32,000 bases of DNA, from assembly GCF_003324675.1 (NCBI RefSeq), contig NZ_CP030918.1, forward strand, positions 1,860,001-1,892,000. The letters are read 5' to 3'. The notes beneath the pieces are model-generated. The model had not been told where the DNA came from. It was given only the letters and a program-made list of their open reading frames with translations, and searched no databases. A program made the position numbers and the translations under genes. Positions 9,173 through 17,178 of this stretch are shown piece after piece (within the stretch, counting starts at the first letter, position 1; each line of letters opens with the position of its first letter). The DNA is from Paracoccus suum. Its GTDB lineage: Bacteria; Pseudomonadota; Alphaproteobacteria; Rhodobacterales; Rhodobacteraceae.

Positions 9173-9285
9173 CGCCGACCTGTCGGGTGTCTCGGGGACT
9201 GGCCCGAAAAGGCTAGGTTGCACGCATGAAAGTGCGATATATAACAGGTGCTTCCTGCGAAGGGCTGCTCAGTGGAAGAGGCTAT

Positions 9286-9777
9286 ATGACCCCTCCCGTC
9301 GGCATTATCATGGGCAGCCAGTCCGACTGGCCGACCCTGCGTGAGGCGGCGAACATCCTCGATGAAATGGGGATCGCCTACGAGGCCAGGATCGTCAGCG
9401 CGCACCGCACCCCCGATCGCTTGTGGAGCTATGGGGTCGAGGCGGCAGACCGGGGCCTAAAGGTCATCATCGCCGGCGCCGGGGGCGCTGCGCACCTGCC
9501 GGGCATGATGGCGTCCAAGACGCGGCTGCCGGTGATCGGGGTGCCGATCCAGACCCGCGCCCTTGGCGGAATAGACAGTTTGTATTCGATCGTTCAGATG
9601 CCCAAGGGCTTTCCGGTCGCGACCATGGCTATCGGCGCTGCCGGGGCAGCCAATGCCGGGCTGATGGCGGCGGCGATCCTCGCCCTTGGCGATGATGCGC
9701 TGGGGCGGCGGCTCGATGATTGGCGCGCCGCCCTGTCCGCATCGATTCCACAGGAGCCTATCGATGAGCAGCCTTGA
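9286..9777 (+). CDS. purE: 5-(carboxyamino)imidazole ribonucleotide mutase
   Basis: The ORF 9226..9777 was trimmed to the ATG at 9286 (a GGAAGAGG Shine-Dalgarno sequence lies upstream). Motifs: [28 protein letters not shown]. Confidence 0.95.
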   Translation: MTPPVGIIMGSQSDWPTLREAANILDEMGIAYEARIVSAHRTPDRLWSYGVEAADRGLKVIIAGAGGAAHLPGMMASKTRLPVIGVPIQTRALGGIDSLYSIVQMPKGFPVATMAIGAAGAANAGLMAAAILALGDDALGRRLDDWRAALSASIPQEPIDEQP

Positions 9778-10864
9778 GTTTCCGACCGCTGCGCTGCGCC
9801 CGGGCGGCGTAATCGGCATTCTCGGCGGCGGACAGCTGGCGCGTATGTTGACAATTGCGGCCGGACGGCTGGGTTATCACACCCATGTGTTCGAGCCGGA
9901 GGAGGATTGTCCCGCTGCGCCCCTGACTTCGGCCCGCACCACCGCTGGCTGGGACGACATGGCGGCGCTGGATGCCTTTGCCGAGGCGATCGACGTTGCG
10001 ACCTACGAGTTCGAGAACGTCCCGACCGCGGCCCTCGATCGGATTGAACGGCGCTGCGCGGTCCTGCCCGGCCGCCACGCCCTGGCGGTCAGCCAGGACC
10101 GGGTGGACGAAAAGCAGTTCCTGAACGATCTGGGCCTGCCCACGGCCTCGTGGGCGGCGGTGGATGACGTGCCCGGCCTGACGACGGCGCTGGCCGCCAT
10201 TGGCGCGCCCGCGATCCTCAAGACCCGGCGGATGGGCTACGACGGCAAGGGTCAGGTGCGGCTCAAGGACGACGCGCCGGCTGCGGCCGAGGCGGCCCTG
10301 GCAGAGCTTGGCGGCGCACCCTGCATCCTTGAAGGCATGGTTGATTTCGACAGTGAAATCAGCGTGATCGTCGCACGTGCGGGCGATGGCTCGGTATCGG
10401 CCTATGACCCCGGAACGAACGAGCATCGCGGCGGCATCCTGCGCCTGACGACCGTGCCCTGCGGCCAGCCCGAACGGGTCGTGACTGACGCAGTGCTGAT
10501 GGCGGCCAAGATCGTCACCTCGCTCGAGTATGTTGGCGTCATGGGCGTCGAGATGTTCGTCACCAAGGGCGGTCTGATGGTCAACGAGATCGCCCCGCGG
10601 GTCCACAACAGTGGCCATTGGACACAGGCCGGCGCGGCGGTTTGCCAGTTCGAGCAGCATGTGCGCGCCATCGCCGGCCTGCCGCTGGGCGACGGTCAGC
10701 GCCATGCCGACGTGGTAATGGAGAACCTGATCGGCGACGACATCGAGCGGATCCCGACCCTGCTGGCCGAGCGTGACACCCAGATCCACCTCTACGGCAA
10801 ATCCGAGGTGCGTCCGGGCCGCAAGATGGGCCATGTCAACCGCGTCACCCGTCGCAGGGACTGA
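9764..10864 (+). CDS. purK: 5-(carboxyamino)imidazole ribonucleotide synthase
   Basis: The ORF 9686..10864 was trimmed to the ATG at 9764 (MSSLEF...), overlapping purE by 14 nt. It is an ATP-grasp protein with [18 protein letters not shown] and [14 protein letters not shown] motifs. Confidence 0.93.
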   Translation: MSSLEFPTAALRPGGVIGILGGGQLARMLTIAAGRLGYHTHVFEPEEDCPAAPLTSARTTAGWDDMAALDAFAEAIDVATYEFENVPTAALDRIERRCAVLPGRHALAVSQDRVDEKQFLNDLGLPTASWAAVDDVPGLTTALAAIGAPAILKTRRMGYDGKGQVRLKDDAPAAAEAALAELGGAPCILEGMVDFDSEISVIVARAGDGSVSAYDPGTNEHRGGILRLTTVPCGQPERVVTDAVLMAAKIVTSLEYVGVMGVEMFVTKGGLMVNEIAPRVHNSGHWTQAGAAVCQFEQHVRAIAGLPLGDGQRHADVVMENLIGDDIERIPTLLAERDTQIHLYGKSEVRPGRKMGHVNRVTRRRD

Positions 10865-10867
10865 CGG

Positions 10868-11308
10868 ATGCGGCTGCGGCTGGCGGTGCGCGCGGCGATC
10901 CTCGACGCGTGGGGCCGGCTGCTGGTGGTTAACGCCTATCCCGGCGCGCAATCGGATCTGTGGTGCCTGCCCGGCGGCGGGGTCGAGGCCGACCAGTCGC
11001 TGAGCCAGAACCTCTCGCGGGAGGTGGCCGAGGAGACTGGGCTCTCCATCACCGTCGGCGCGCCGATCCTGGTGAACGAATTTCACAGCGATGCACATGG
11101 TTTTCGTCAGGTCGATTTGGTCTTTCGCGCGACGGTAATCGGCGATGCAATCGTCCGCATGGGCGATCCCGAGGGCGTGGTGGACCGTTTCCGATGGGTG
11201 ACCCAGACCGAGTTGGCTAGGCTGCGGCACAAGCCGTCCAGCCTTGCCGATGCCGTCTGGGGCGGGGGCGAAGCCCTGCACGACCCCGACGAGCTAATTG
11301 TCGCCTGA
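10868..11308 (+). CDS. NUDIX hydrolase
   Basis: The NUDIX box GGGVEADQSLSQNLSREVAEETGL is present. The gene starts 3 nt after the purK stop, so it is probably co-transcribed with purEK. Confidence 0.85.
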   Translation: MRLRLAVRAAILDAWGRLLVVNAYPGAQSDLWCLPGGGVEADQSLSQNLSREVAEETGLSITVGAPILVNEFHSDAHGFRQVDLVFRATVIGDAIVRMGDPEGVVDRFRWVTQTELARLRHKPSSLADAVWGGGEALHDPDELIVA

Positions 11309-11311
11309 CAG

Positions 11312-11794
11312 CTAGCGGTCCGCGCGCAGGTCCAGCCACAGGATATGCTGCGGACCTCGCGCGCCGCCCAGATACAACTCGCCCCGATCCTCGAACCCGG
11401 CGCTCAGATAGGCCCGGCGCGCGACGGTGTTTTCCAGGTTTACCGTCAGGACGACCCGGTCGAATTCGGGGTATTCCGCGCGCGCATGATCGCCCAGCGC
11501 CGCCAGCGTGGCGGCCCCGATCCCGCGCCCCTGGAGATGCGAGTCGATCAGGAAGCCGCGCAGGCCCAGATCGCGGGTGCCGGCAAAGTCGTGGCGCTGG
11601 TGATAAAGGGGATCCAGCTTGAACATGCCGATGGCATCGCCGTCAGCACCGCGAACCTCATGCAGGCTCAGGCCCTCGGTCTGGTCGGTGATCATCTCTC
11701 GGCCGGCGGATACGAAGGCATCCTGGCCGGGCGCGATGCGCAACCCGGCCAGACGTTCGGCCTCGTCCGGTGCCAGCCGATGCAGCGAGATCAC
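11312..11794 (-). CDS. GNAT family N-acetyltransferase
   Basis: 160 aa with the acetyl-CoA binding motif LQGRGIGAATL and ARRAYLSAGF. The GTG start overlaps the pepF stop (GTGA). Confidence 0.85.
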   Translation of the reverse strand: MISLHRLAPDEAERLAGLRIAPGQDAFVSAGREMITDQTEGLSLHEVRGADGDAIGMFKLDPLYHQRHDFAGTRDLGLRGFLIDSHLQGRGIGAATLAALGDHARAEYPEFDRVVLTVNLENTVARRAYLSAGFEDRGELYLGGARGPQHILWLDLRADR

Positions 11795-13587
11795 CCCTCC
11801 AGCGCCTCCAGCTCGTCGATGAAGCCCTCGATCATCGACAGGCCCTTGTCCCAGAAGGACGGGTCGGCGGCGTTCAGGCCAAAGGGCTGCAGCAGCGTCG
11901 AATGGTGCTGCGAGCCGCCGGCCTGGAGCATGTCGAAATACTTGGCCTGGAACCCCTGCGGCGCGGCCTCGTAGGCGGCGTAGAGCGCATTCACCAGCCC
12001 GTCGCCAAAGGCATAGGCATAGACGTAGAACGGCGAGTGGATGAAATGCGGGATATAGGCCCAGAATGTCTCATAGCCCGGCATGTATTCGAACGCATCG
12101 CCCAGCGACTCGTGCTGTATGTCCATCCAGATTCGGTTGATGTCATCGGGCGTCAACTCGCCTTCGGCCCGGGCGGCGTGCAGGCGCGATTCGAAATCGT
12201 AGAAAGCGATCTGGCGCACGACGGTATTGATCATGTCCTCGACCTTGCCGGCCAGCAGCGCCTTGCGTTGCGCCGGATCGGTGGTCTTGGCCAGCAGCGC
12301 CCGGAAGGTCAGCATCTCGCCGAAGACCGAGGCGGTCTCGGCCAGCGTCAGCGGGGTCGAGGCGAGGAGTTCGCCCTGCGCGGCCGCAAGGCGCTGGTGC
12401 ACGCCGTGGCCAAGCTCGTGAGCGAGGGTCATCACGTCACGCGGCTTGCCGAGGTAGTTCAGCAGCACATAGGGATGCACCGTGGTCACGGTCGGATGGG
12501 CAAAGGCGCCCGGCGCCTTGCCGGGTTTCACCCCCGCGTCGATCCAGCCACGCTCGAAGAACGGCTGCGCCAGCTCCGCCAGCTTGGGATCAAAGCCGGC
12601 ATAGGCGTCCATGACGGTGGCCCGCGCCTCGTCCCAGCCGATCAGCCGCGGCGGCTCGCCCGGCAGTGGCGCGTTGCGATCCCAGACCTGCAACTTGTCC
12701 AGGCCGAGCCACTTGGCCTTGAGGCGATAGTAGCGGTGCGAAAGGCGCGGATAGGCGGCGACGACCGCATTTTTCAGCGCTTCGACCACCTCCGGCTCGA
12801 CATGGTTGGACAGGTGCCGGGCGGTCTGCGGTGTCGGCATCTTGCGCCAACCGTCCTCGATCGCCTTTTCCTTGGCGAGCGTGTTGTGGATGCGGGCGAA
12901 CAGCTTGACGTCGCGGCCAAAGATCACCGCCAGCGCCTTGGCCGCAGCCTCGCGGCGGTCGCGGTCATGGTCGGTCAGGCGGTCCAGCGTCGCCTCGAGC
13001 CCCAGTGTCTCTCCGTCGACATCGAAGGTCAGGCCGGCCATTGTCTCGTCAAACAGGCGGTTCCAGGCAGCGGCGCCGACCACGCTGTTGTCGTGCAAGA
13101 ACCGCTCCAACTCGTCCGACAGCTGGTAGGGGCGCATGGCGCGCATGCGGTCGAACACGGGCTTATAGCGCGCCGGGCCGTCGGCTGCCGTAAAGACGGC
13201 ATCGTAGGTCGCATCGGGAACGCGGTTGAACTCGAGGCTGAAAAACACCAGCGGCGTCGTGGCATCGGTGATGGTCTGCTGCAGATCGCCCATCTGCTTG
13301 GCGCGCGCGGCGTCGGTCGTGTTCTGGTAATAGCGCAGCCCGGCGTAGGACATGATCCGGCCGGCGGTGATGTCGATCTGCTGATAGGCTTCGATGCAGG
13401 CCAGCATCTCGGCCGGGGTCAGGTCGGCCAGCTTGCCCTGGTAGCGGGCGGCAAAATCGGTGGCCTCGGCGGTGACGCGGGCGATGTCCTGCGCCAGTTC
13501 GGGCGCGTCGGGGGCGGGGTAGAGGTCGGTCAGGTCCCAGTCGGGCAGGGTGCCGAGCGCGGCGAGGTCACGGGGCTGTTGAGTCAT
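11791..13587 (-). CDS. pepF: M3 family oligoendopeptidase (PepF-like)
   Basis: The ORF 11791..13932 was trimmed to the ATG at 13587 (MTQQPRDLAALGTLPDWDLTDLYP...). The zinc motif is AHELGHGVH. The 115 upstream codons are Arg/Pro-rich and implausible as coding sequence. Confidence 0.88.
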   Translation of the reverse strand: MTQQPRDLAALGTLPDWDLTDLYPAPDAPELAQDIARVTAEATDFAARYQGKLADLTPAEMLACIEAYQQIDITAGRIMSYAGLRYYQNTTDAARAKQMGDLQQTITDATTPLVFFSLEFNRVPDATYDAVFTAADGPARYKPVFDRMRAMRPYQLSDELERFLHDNSVVGAAAWNRLFDETMAGLTFDVDGETLGLEATLDRLTDHDRDRREAAAKALAVIFGRDVKLFARIHNTLAKEKAIEDGWRKMPTPQTARHLSNHVEPEVVEALKNAVVAAYPRLSHRYYRLKAKWLGLDKLQVWDRNAPLPGEPPRLIGWDEARATVMDAYAGFDPKLAELAQPFFERGWIDAGVKPGKAPGAFAHPTVTTVHPYVLLNYLGKPRDVMTLAHELGHGVHQRLAAAQGELLASTPLTLAETASVFGEMLTFRALLAKTTDPAQRKALLAGKVEDMINTVVRQIAFYDFESRLHAARAEGELTPDDINRIWMDIQHESLGDAFEYMPGYETFWAYIPHFIHSPFYVYAYAFGDGLVNALYAAYEAAPQGFQAKYFDMLQAGGSQHHSTLLQPFGLNAADPSFWDKGLSMIEGFIDELEALEG

Positions 13588-13685
13588 CGGGCGGTCCCTG
13601 GCTGGTTCTGGGCATGTCTTTGCAACCGCGCGAAGATGCTCATCACCGGCGGCGGATGCAAGGACGGGGGGAGGGCGTCCGGACT

Positions 13686-14579
13686 CTAGCTGCCGCCGGG
13701 GATGACGCGGAAACGGGCGCGGCGTTCGGCCAGGGTCGCGTTCTTGGGCAGGGGCTCGGGCTTCGGCGCGGCGAGGGGGTCGCTTGCGGGAAGGGTCGGC
13801 CAGCCGGGCGTCTCGCCAGCGGTGAGGGCGGGACGGGCGGCAGTGGGCGGCTCGCCAGCTGTTGAGCCCGCGGGCACGCGGCCCGGACGACGGCCGAGGC
13901 CGGGGCTGCGGCCGGGGTCCGGCGTGCGCCATGGCGGCGGTGCCGGCTCGCCAAAGCCCAGCGCGCCCGGCGCCGGGGCCAGCGTGCGCGCGCCCTCGAT
14001 CACCGGGGTCAGCACCTCGGCCGTCAGGTCAAAGCGGCGCGGCGGCCGGCCGATCGCGCTTTCCGCCACGATCACGCCGAGGGCCCGGGTGATATCTCCT
14101 AGGTCTGATCGCAGCGGCAGCAATAGCATGCGTGCGGGAAGGACGGGCCGGGCGTAGGCGCCCTCGGACAGCAGGGTCAACTCGACGATCTGGGGACCTG
14201 CAAACACGGTCTCGAGCACATCCGACAGCCGCCCGCGCGAGGCGGGATTGAAGAACGAGCAGAGCGGCATGCCCCGCACCTCCATGCCCATCAAGTCGAT
14301 CAGGTGCCGTCCGGCGAGACGAAAGCGCGCCGCGCCCGGCGCAATCCGCTCCAGAATGAAGGCGTGGCCCAGCGCGCCGCGTAGCCCGCGAGGGTCGATA
14401 TCGGCCCGGGTGGGGATGGCGCGGCCGCGCCGCAGCCCGTCCCAATAGCCCCGCAATTCGCCGAGGATTCGCCCCGGGTGGCGCGGATCGAAATCGGACA
14501 GCCGCACCAAGTCGGCCAGACCGGCGCAGGGTCCATCAAAATCTTTATCGCCGCCGCTGAACTGGTCGTCGTCTTCCAT
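13686..14579 (-). CDS. PAS_5 (DUF1457)-type PAS domain protein with a proline-rich C-terminal tail
   Basis: LRGYWDGLRRGRAIPTRADIDPRGL...FILERI is the signature of small alphaproteobacterial PAS_5 proteins. The start was placed at ATG 14579 (MEDDDQ); the track start at 14609 is a TTG. The last ~100 aa are Pro/Gly/Ala-rich. Confidence 0.7.
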   Translation of the reverse strand: MEDDDQFSGGDKDFDGPCAGLADLVRLSDFDPRHPGRILGELRGYWDGLRRGRAIPTRADIDPRGLRGALGHAFILERIAPGAARFRLAGRHLIDLMGMEVRGMPLCSFFNPASRGRLSDVLETVFAGPQIVELTLLSEGAYARPVLPARMLLLPLRSDLGDITRALGVIVAESAIGRPPRRFDLTAEVLTPVIEGARTLAPAPGALGFGEPAPPPWRTPDPGRSPGLGRRPGRVPAGSTAGEPPTAARPALTAGETPGWPTLPASDPLAAPKPEPLPKNATLAERRARFRVIPGGS

Positions 14580-14815
14580 CGCCGCCGTGCCGCCATCCGC
14601 CAAACGCAAGGCGTGCCGTCCGTCAGCCCCGCCTGCCTACCCTGCTAGATGCCCCCCGAGATTGCGCCGCGCCAGCCAAGTTTGCACGGCTTTTTTACGA
14701 CTTCTTAACGACATTTAGCATCGGGCGCGCCGGTACCTGCCCTTGACCGTCCCGGCCCCCCTCGTCCATTCAGGCGGCGCCAGAGGCCGCCTCGGCCGGG
14801 TGACAAGGGGACGGA

Positions 14816-15454
14816 ATGCGGCGCACGGGACTTTTGATCATTCTGTCTTCGCCCTCGGGGGCGGGCAAATCGACCTTGGCGCGCCGGTTGATGGCCTGGG
14901 ACCCTAACCTGCGGTTCTCTGTCTCGGCCACCACACGCGCTCCGCGGCCTGGCGAGGCCGAGGGCCGCGAATACTTCTTTCGCTCGCGCGAGCAGTTCGG
15001 CGCCCTGGTCGAAGGCGGCCAGATGCTCGAGCATGCCGAGGTTTTCGGCAACCTCTACGGCAGCCCGCGCGGCCCGATCGAGGCCGCGATGGCCGAAGGC
15101 CGCGACACCCTCTTTGACGTTGACTGGCAGGGCGGCCAGCAGATTCGCAACTCGCCCCTCGGACAGTCGGCGGTATCAGTGTTCGTCCTGCCGCCCGACC
15201 TGGCAGAGCTGAGGCGCCGTCTGCAGGCGCGCGGGCAGGACGCCGCCGAGGTTATCGACGCGCGCATGGACAAGAGCCGGGGCGAGATCAGCCACTGGGC
15301 GGAATACGACTATGTGCTGGTCAACGACGATCTGGACGCGACCGAGGCGCAATTGCGGTCCATCATCGCGGCCGAACGCCTGCGCCGCGAGCGGCAGGTG
15401 GACTTGGGCGATTTCGTGCGCCGGATGATGGACAAGGACAGGGAAACGCCATGA
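14816..15454 (+). CDS. gmk: Guanylate kinase
   Basis: P-loop [12 protein letters not shown], plus [13 protein letters not shown] and YFF motifs. Confidence 0.95.
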   Translation: MRRTGLLIILSSPSGAGKSTLARRLMAWDPNLRFSVSATTRAPRPGEAEGREYFFRSREQFGALVEGGQMLEHAEVFGNLYGSPRGPIEAAMAEGRDTLFDVDWQGGQQIRNSPLGQSAVSVFVLPPDLAELRRRLQARGQDAAEVIDARMDKSRGEISHWAEYDYVLVNDDLDATEAQLRSIIAAERLRRERQVDLGDFVRRMMDKDRETP

Positions 15455-15975
15455 TCTGGGAACTGGACGGGGTCGCACCGCAACTCGCGAAGGACGCATG
15501 GGCCGCGCCGGACGCGCAGCTGATCGGCCGGGTCGAACTTCTGGCCGGCGCCAGCGTCTGGTGGGGCGCGGTCCTGCGCGGCGACAACGAGGTGATCCGC
15601 ATCGGTGTCGGCAGCAACCTGCAGGACCTGTGCGTGTGCCATACCGACATCGGTTGCCCGTTGACCGTAGGCGAGGACTGCACCATCGGCCACCGGGCGA
15701 TCCTGCATGGCTGCACCATCGGCGATGGCGTGCTGGTCGGCATGGGGGCGATCATCCTGAACCGCGCGGTGATCGGCGAGGGCGCCCTGATCGGCGCCGG
15801 GGCGCTGATCCCCGAGGGCAAGGTGATCCCGCCGGGCGCGCTGGTCGTCGGCTCGCCCGGACGTGTGGTGCGCCAACTGGACGATGCTGCACAGGCCGAG
15901 TTGCGCGCAAGCGCCCGGCGCTATCGCGAGAACGCGGCACGCTTTGGCGCCGGCCTCAGCCGTCTGGACGGTTGA
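15451..15975 (+). CDS. Gamma-carbonic-anhydrase-like hexapeptide-repeat protein (YrdA/PaaY family)
   Basis: Left-handed beta-helix repeats ([46 protein letters not shown]). The ATG overlaps the gmk stop (ATGA). Confidence 0.88.
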   Translation: MIWELDGVAPQLAKDAWAAPDAQLIGRVELLAGASVWWGAVLRGDNEVIRIGVGSNLQDLCVCHTDIGCPLTVGEDCTIGHRAILHGCTIGDGVLVGMGAIILNRAVIGEGALIGAGALIPEGKVIPPGALVVGSPGRVVRQLDDAAQAELRASARRYRENAARFGAGLSRLDG

Positions 15976-17072
15976 TGGACCGGCGGCTGATCGGCGCGTT
16001 CCTGACCGCGGTGCCGGTGCCGCTGCTTGCGGTTGACGAGCGTGCGCTGCTGATCGGCGCCAGCCCCGCGGCCGAGGCGATGCTGGGCCCCGCCGTCTTT
16101 GGTCGCCCTTTCGTGACCCTGATTCGCCAGCCTTCGGTCATCCGCGCGCTGGAATCGGTGCTCGACCCGGCTCGCCCGCAGGCGCCGCCCGATCCGGGCC
16201 TCTCGCCCGCCCCCACCGGCGGGCAGCGGCTGCGCGTCACGCTGCCGTGGGCGGGGCGCGATCACGCCTGCGAGGTCACCGTCGCCCCGCTGGCCATCGG
16301 CACGGGGCGCGGGGCACTCGTCGCTATCGAGGATCTGACGGCGCTGGAACAGGCCGAGCAGATGCGCCGCGAGTTCGTCGCCAACGTCAGCCACGAATTG
16401 CGCACGCCCCTGACCGCGCTGATGGGCTTCATCGAGACGTTGCGCGGCCCGGCGCGGGACGACGCCCCCGCGCGCGAGCGGTTCCTGGCGATCATGGAGC
16501 GCGAGGCCGGGCGCATGAACCGGCTAGTCGCCGACCTTCTGTCGCTGAGCCGGGTCGAGGCGAACGAGCGCCAGCGTCCCGCCGCGAGCGTGGATCTGGC
16601 CGGCCTGATCCGTGCGACAGTTGCGACCCTCGCTCCGGCGGCGGAGGCTGCGGGTGTGCGGCTGCGCACGGTCGCAGTCAACTCCCCCGTGATGGTGCCG
16701 GGCGATGCCGACCAGCTTGTGCAGGTGCTGCACAATCTGATCGAGAATGCGATCAAATATGGCGGCGGCACGGTCAGCGTGGCGCTGGAGCGAATTGCGC
16801 ACGAGCCGGTGCTGCGCGGGCCCGCCTGGGCTATCACGGTCAGCGACACCGGCGACGGGATCGACCCGTTGCACCTGCCGCGGTTGACGGAGCGATTTTA
16901 CCGCGTCGACACACACCGCGCCCGCGAGCAGGGTGGAACCGGCCTCGGCCTTGCGATCGTCAAGCATATCATCGGCCGTCACCGCGGCCGGCTGCGCATC
17001 GAAAGTGAACCGGGGAAGGGCAGCCGGTTCACGGCGGTCCTGCCGGAAAGCCAGGACGTCCGCCGCGGCTAG
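15975..17072 (+). CDS. Cytoplasmic PAS-HisKA-HATPase sensor histidine kinase, PhoR-like
   Basis: This is the C-terminal 365 codons of ORF 15498..17072. It has the H-box FVANVSHELRTPLTALMGFIETLRGPARDD, N-box HNLIENAIKYG, G1 DTGDGI and G2 GGTGLGLAIVKHI. There is no TM segment. The ATG at 15975 overlaps the preceding stop by 1 nt. The PhoR assignment rests on my recollection of the alphaproteobacterial PhoR HisKA region. Confidence 0.75.
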   Translation: MDRRLIGAFLTAVPVPLLAVDERALLIGASPAAEAMLGPAVFGRPFVTLIRQPSVIRALESVLDPARPQAPPDPGLSPAPTGGQRLRVTLPWAGRDHACEVTVAPLAIGTGRGALVAIEDLTALEQAEQMRREFVANVSHELRTPLTALMGFIETLRGPARDDAPARERFLAIMEREAGRMNRLVADLLSLSRVEANERQRPAASVDLAGLIRATVATLAPAAEAAGVRLRTVAVNSPVMVPGDADQLVQVLHNLIENAIKYGGGTVSVALERIAHEPVLRGPAWAITVSDTGDGIDPLHLPRLTERFYRVDTHRAREQGGTGLGLAIVKHIIGRHRGRLRIESEPGKGSRFTAVLPESQDVRRG

Positions 17073-17178
17073 GCTGGGGCCGGAGGGCGCGCGCGGTGCA
17101 TCTCCGTCCGACAGGCGGAGTAGCTACGCGAAGGCGGGAATGCTGCACCCCGACCCGTTAAGGGCCGAGGGGCCCCGC

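Noticed and set aside
9173-9285. A purine or ZTP riboswitch upstream of purE (also considered upstream of purL, 19354..19494).
   Set aside because: The conserved ZTP/pfl elements (such as the CCGCCUGGGCA-type 3' subdomain) and the purine-riboswitch junction are not present. The purE spacer looks like an ordinary promoter region (ATATATAACA patch plus one 6-bp hairpin).
11312-11794. The GNAT gene as a TacT-like toxin of a toxin-antitoxin pair.
   Set aside because: No small RHH/DUF1778-type antitoxin gene is adjacent. The gene is translationally coupled to the housekeeping peptidase pepF instead.
11770-13689. Long antisense ORFs opposite real genes. Examples are 11770..13689(+), 16933..19350(+), 4972..6987(-), 9758..11281(-), 20741..22222(-), 23672..24832(-), 26792..27955(-) and 29590..30723(+).
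   Set aside because: Each lies opposite a gene with clear family motifs. All have the R/G/A/P/D-rich, stop-poor composition expected of non-coding frames in ~67% GC DNA, and none shows a recognisable domain. A GC3/codon-usage plot would be the decisive test.
14674-14696. A hairpin plus T6 run (AGCC-N10-GGCU-UUUUUU) as an intrinsic terminator or sRNA 3' end.
   Set aside because: The stem is only 4 bp with a 10-nt loop, and no + strand gene lies upstream to terminate. The T-run is better explained as part of the AT-rich divergent promoter region.
17102-17120. The hairpin CUCCGUC-CGACA-GGCGGAG between the convergent kinase and purL genes as a terminator.
   Set aside because: A 7-bp stem is visible, but there is no U-tract on either strand. 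It cannot be called an intrinsic terminator from sequence alone.
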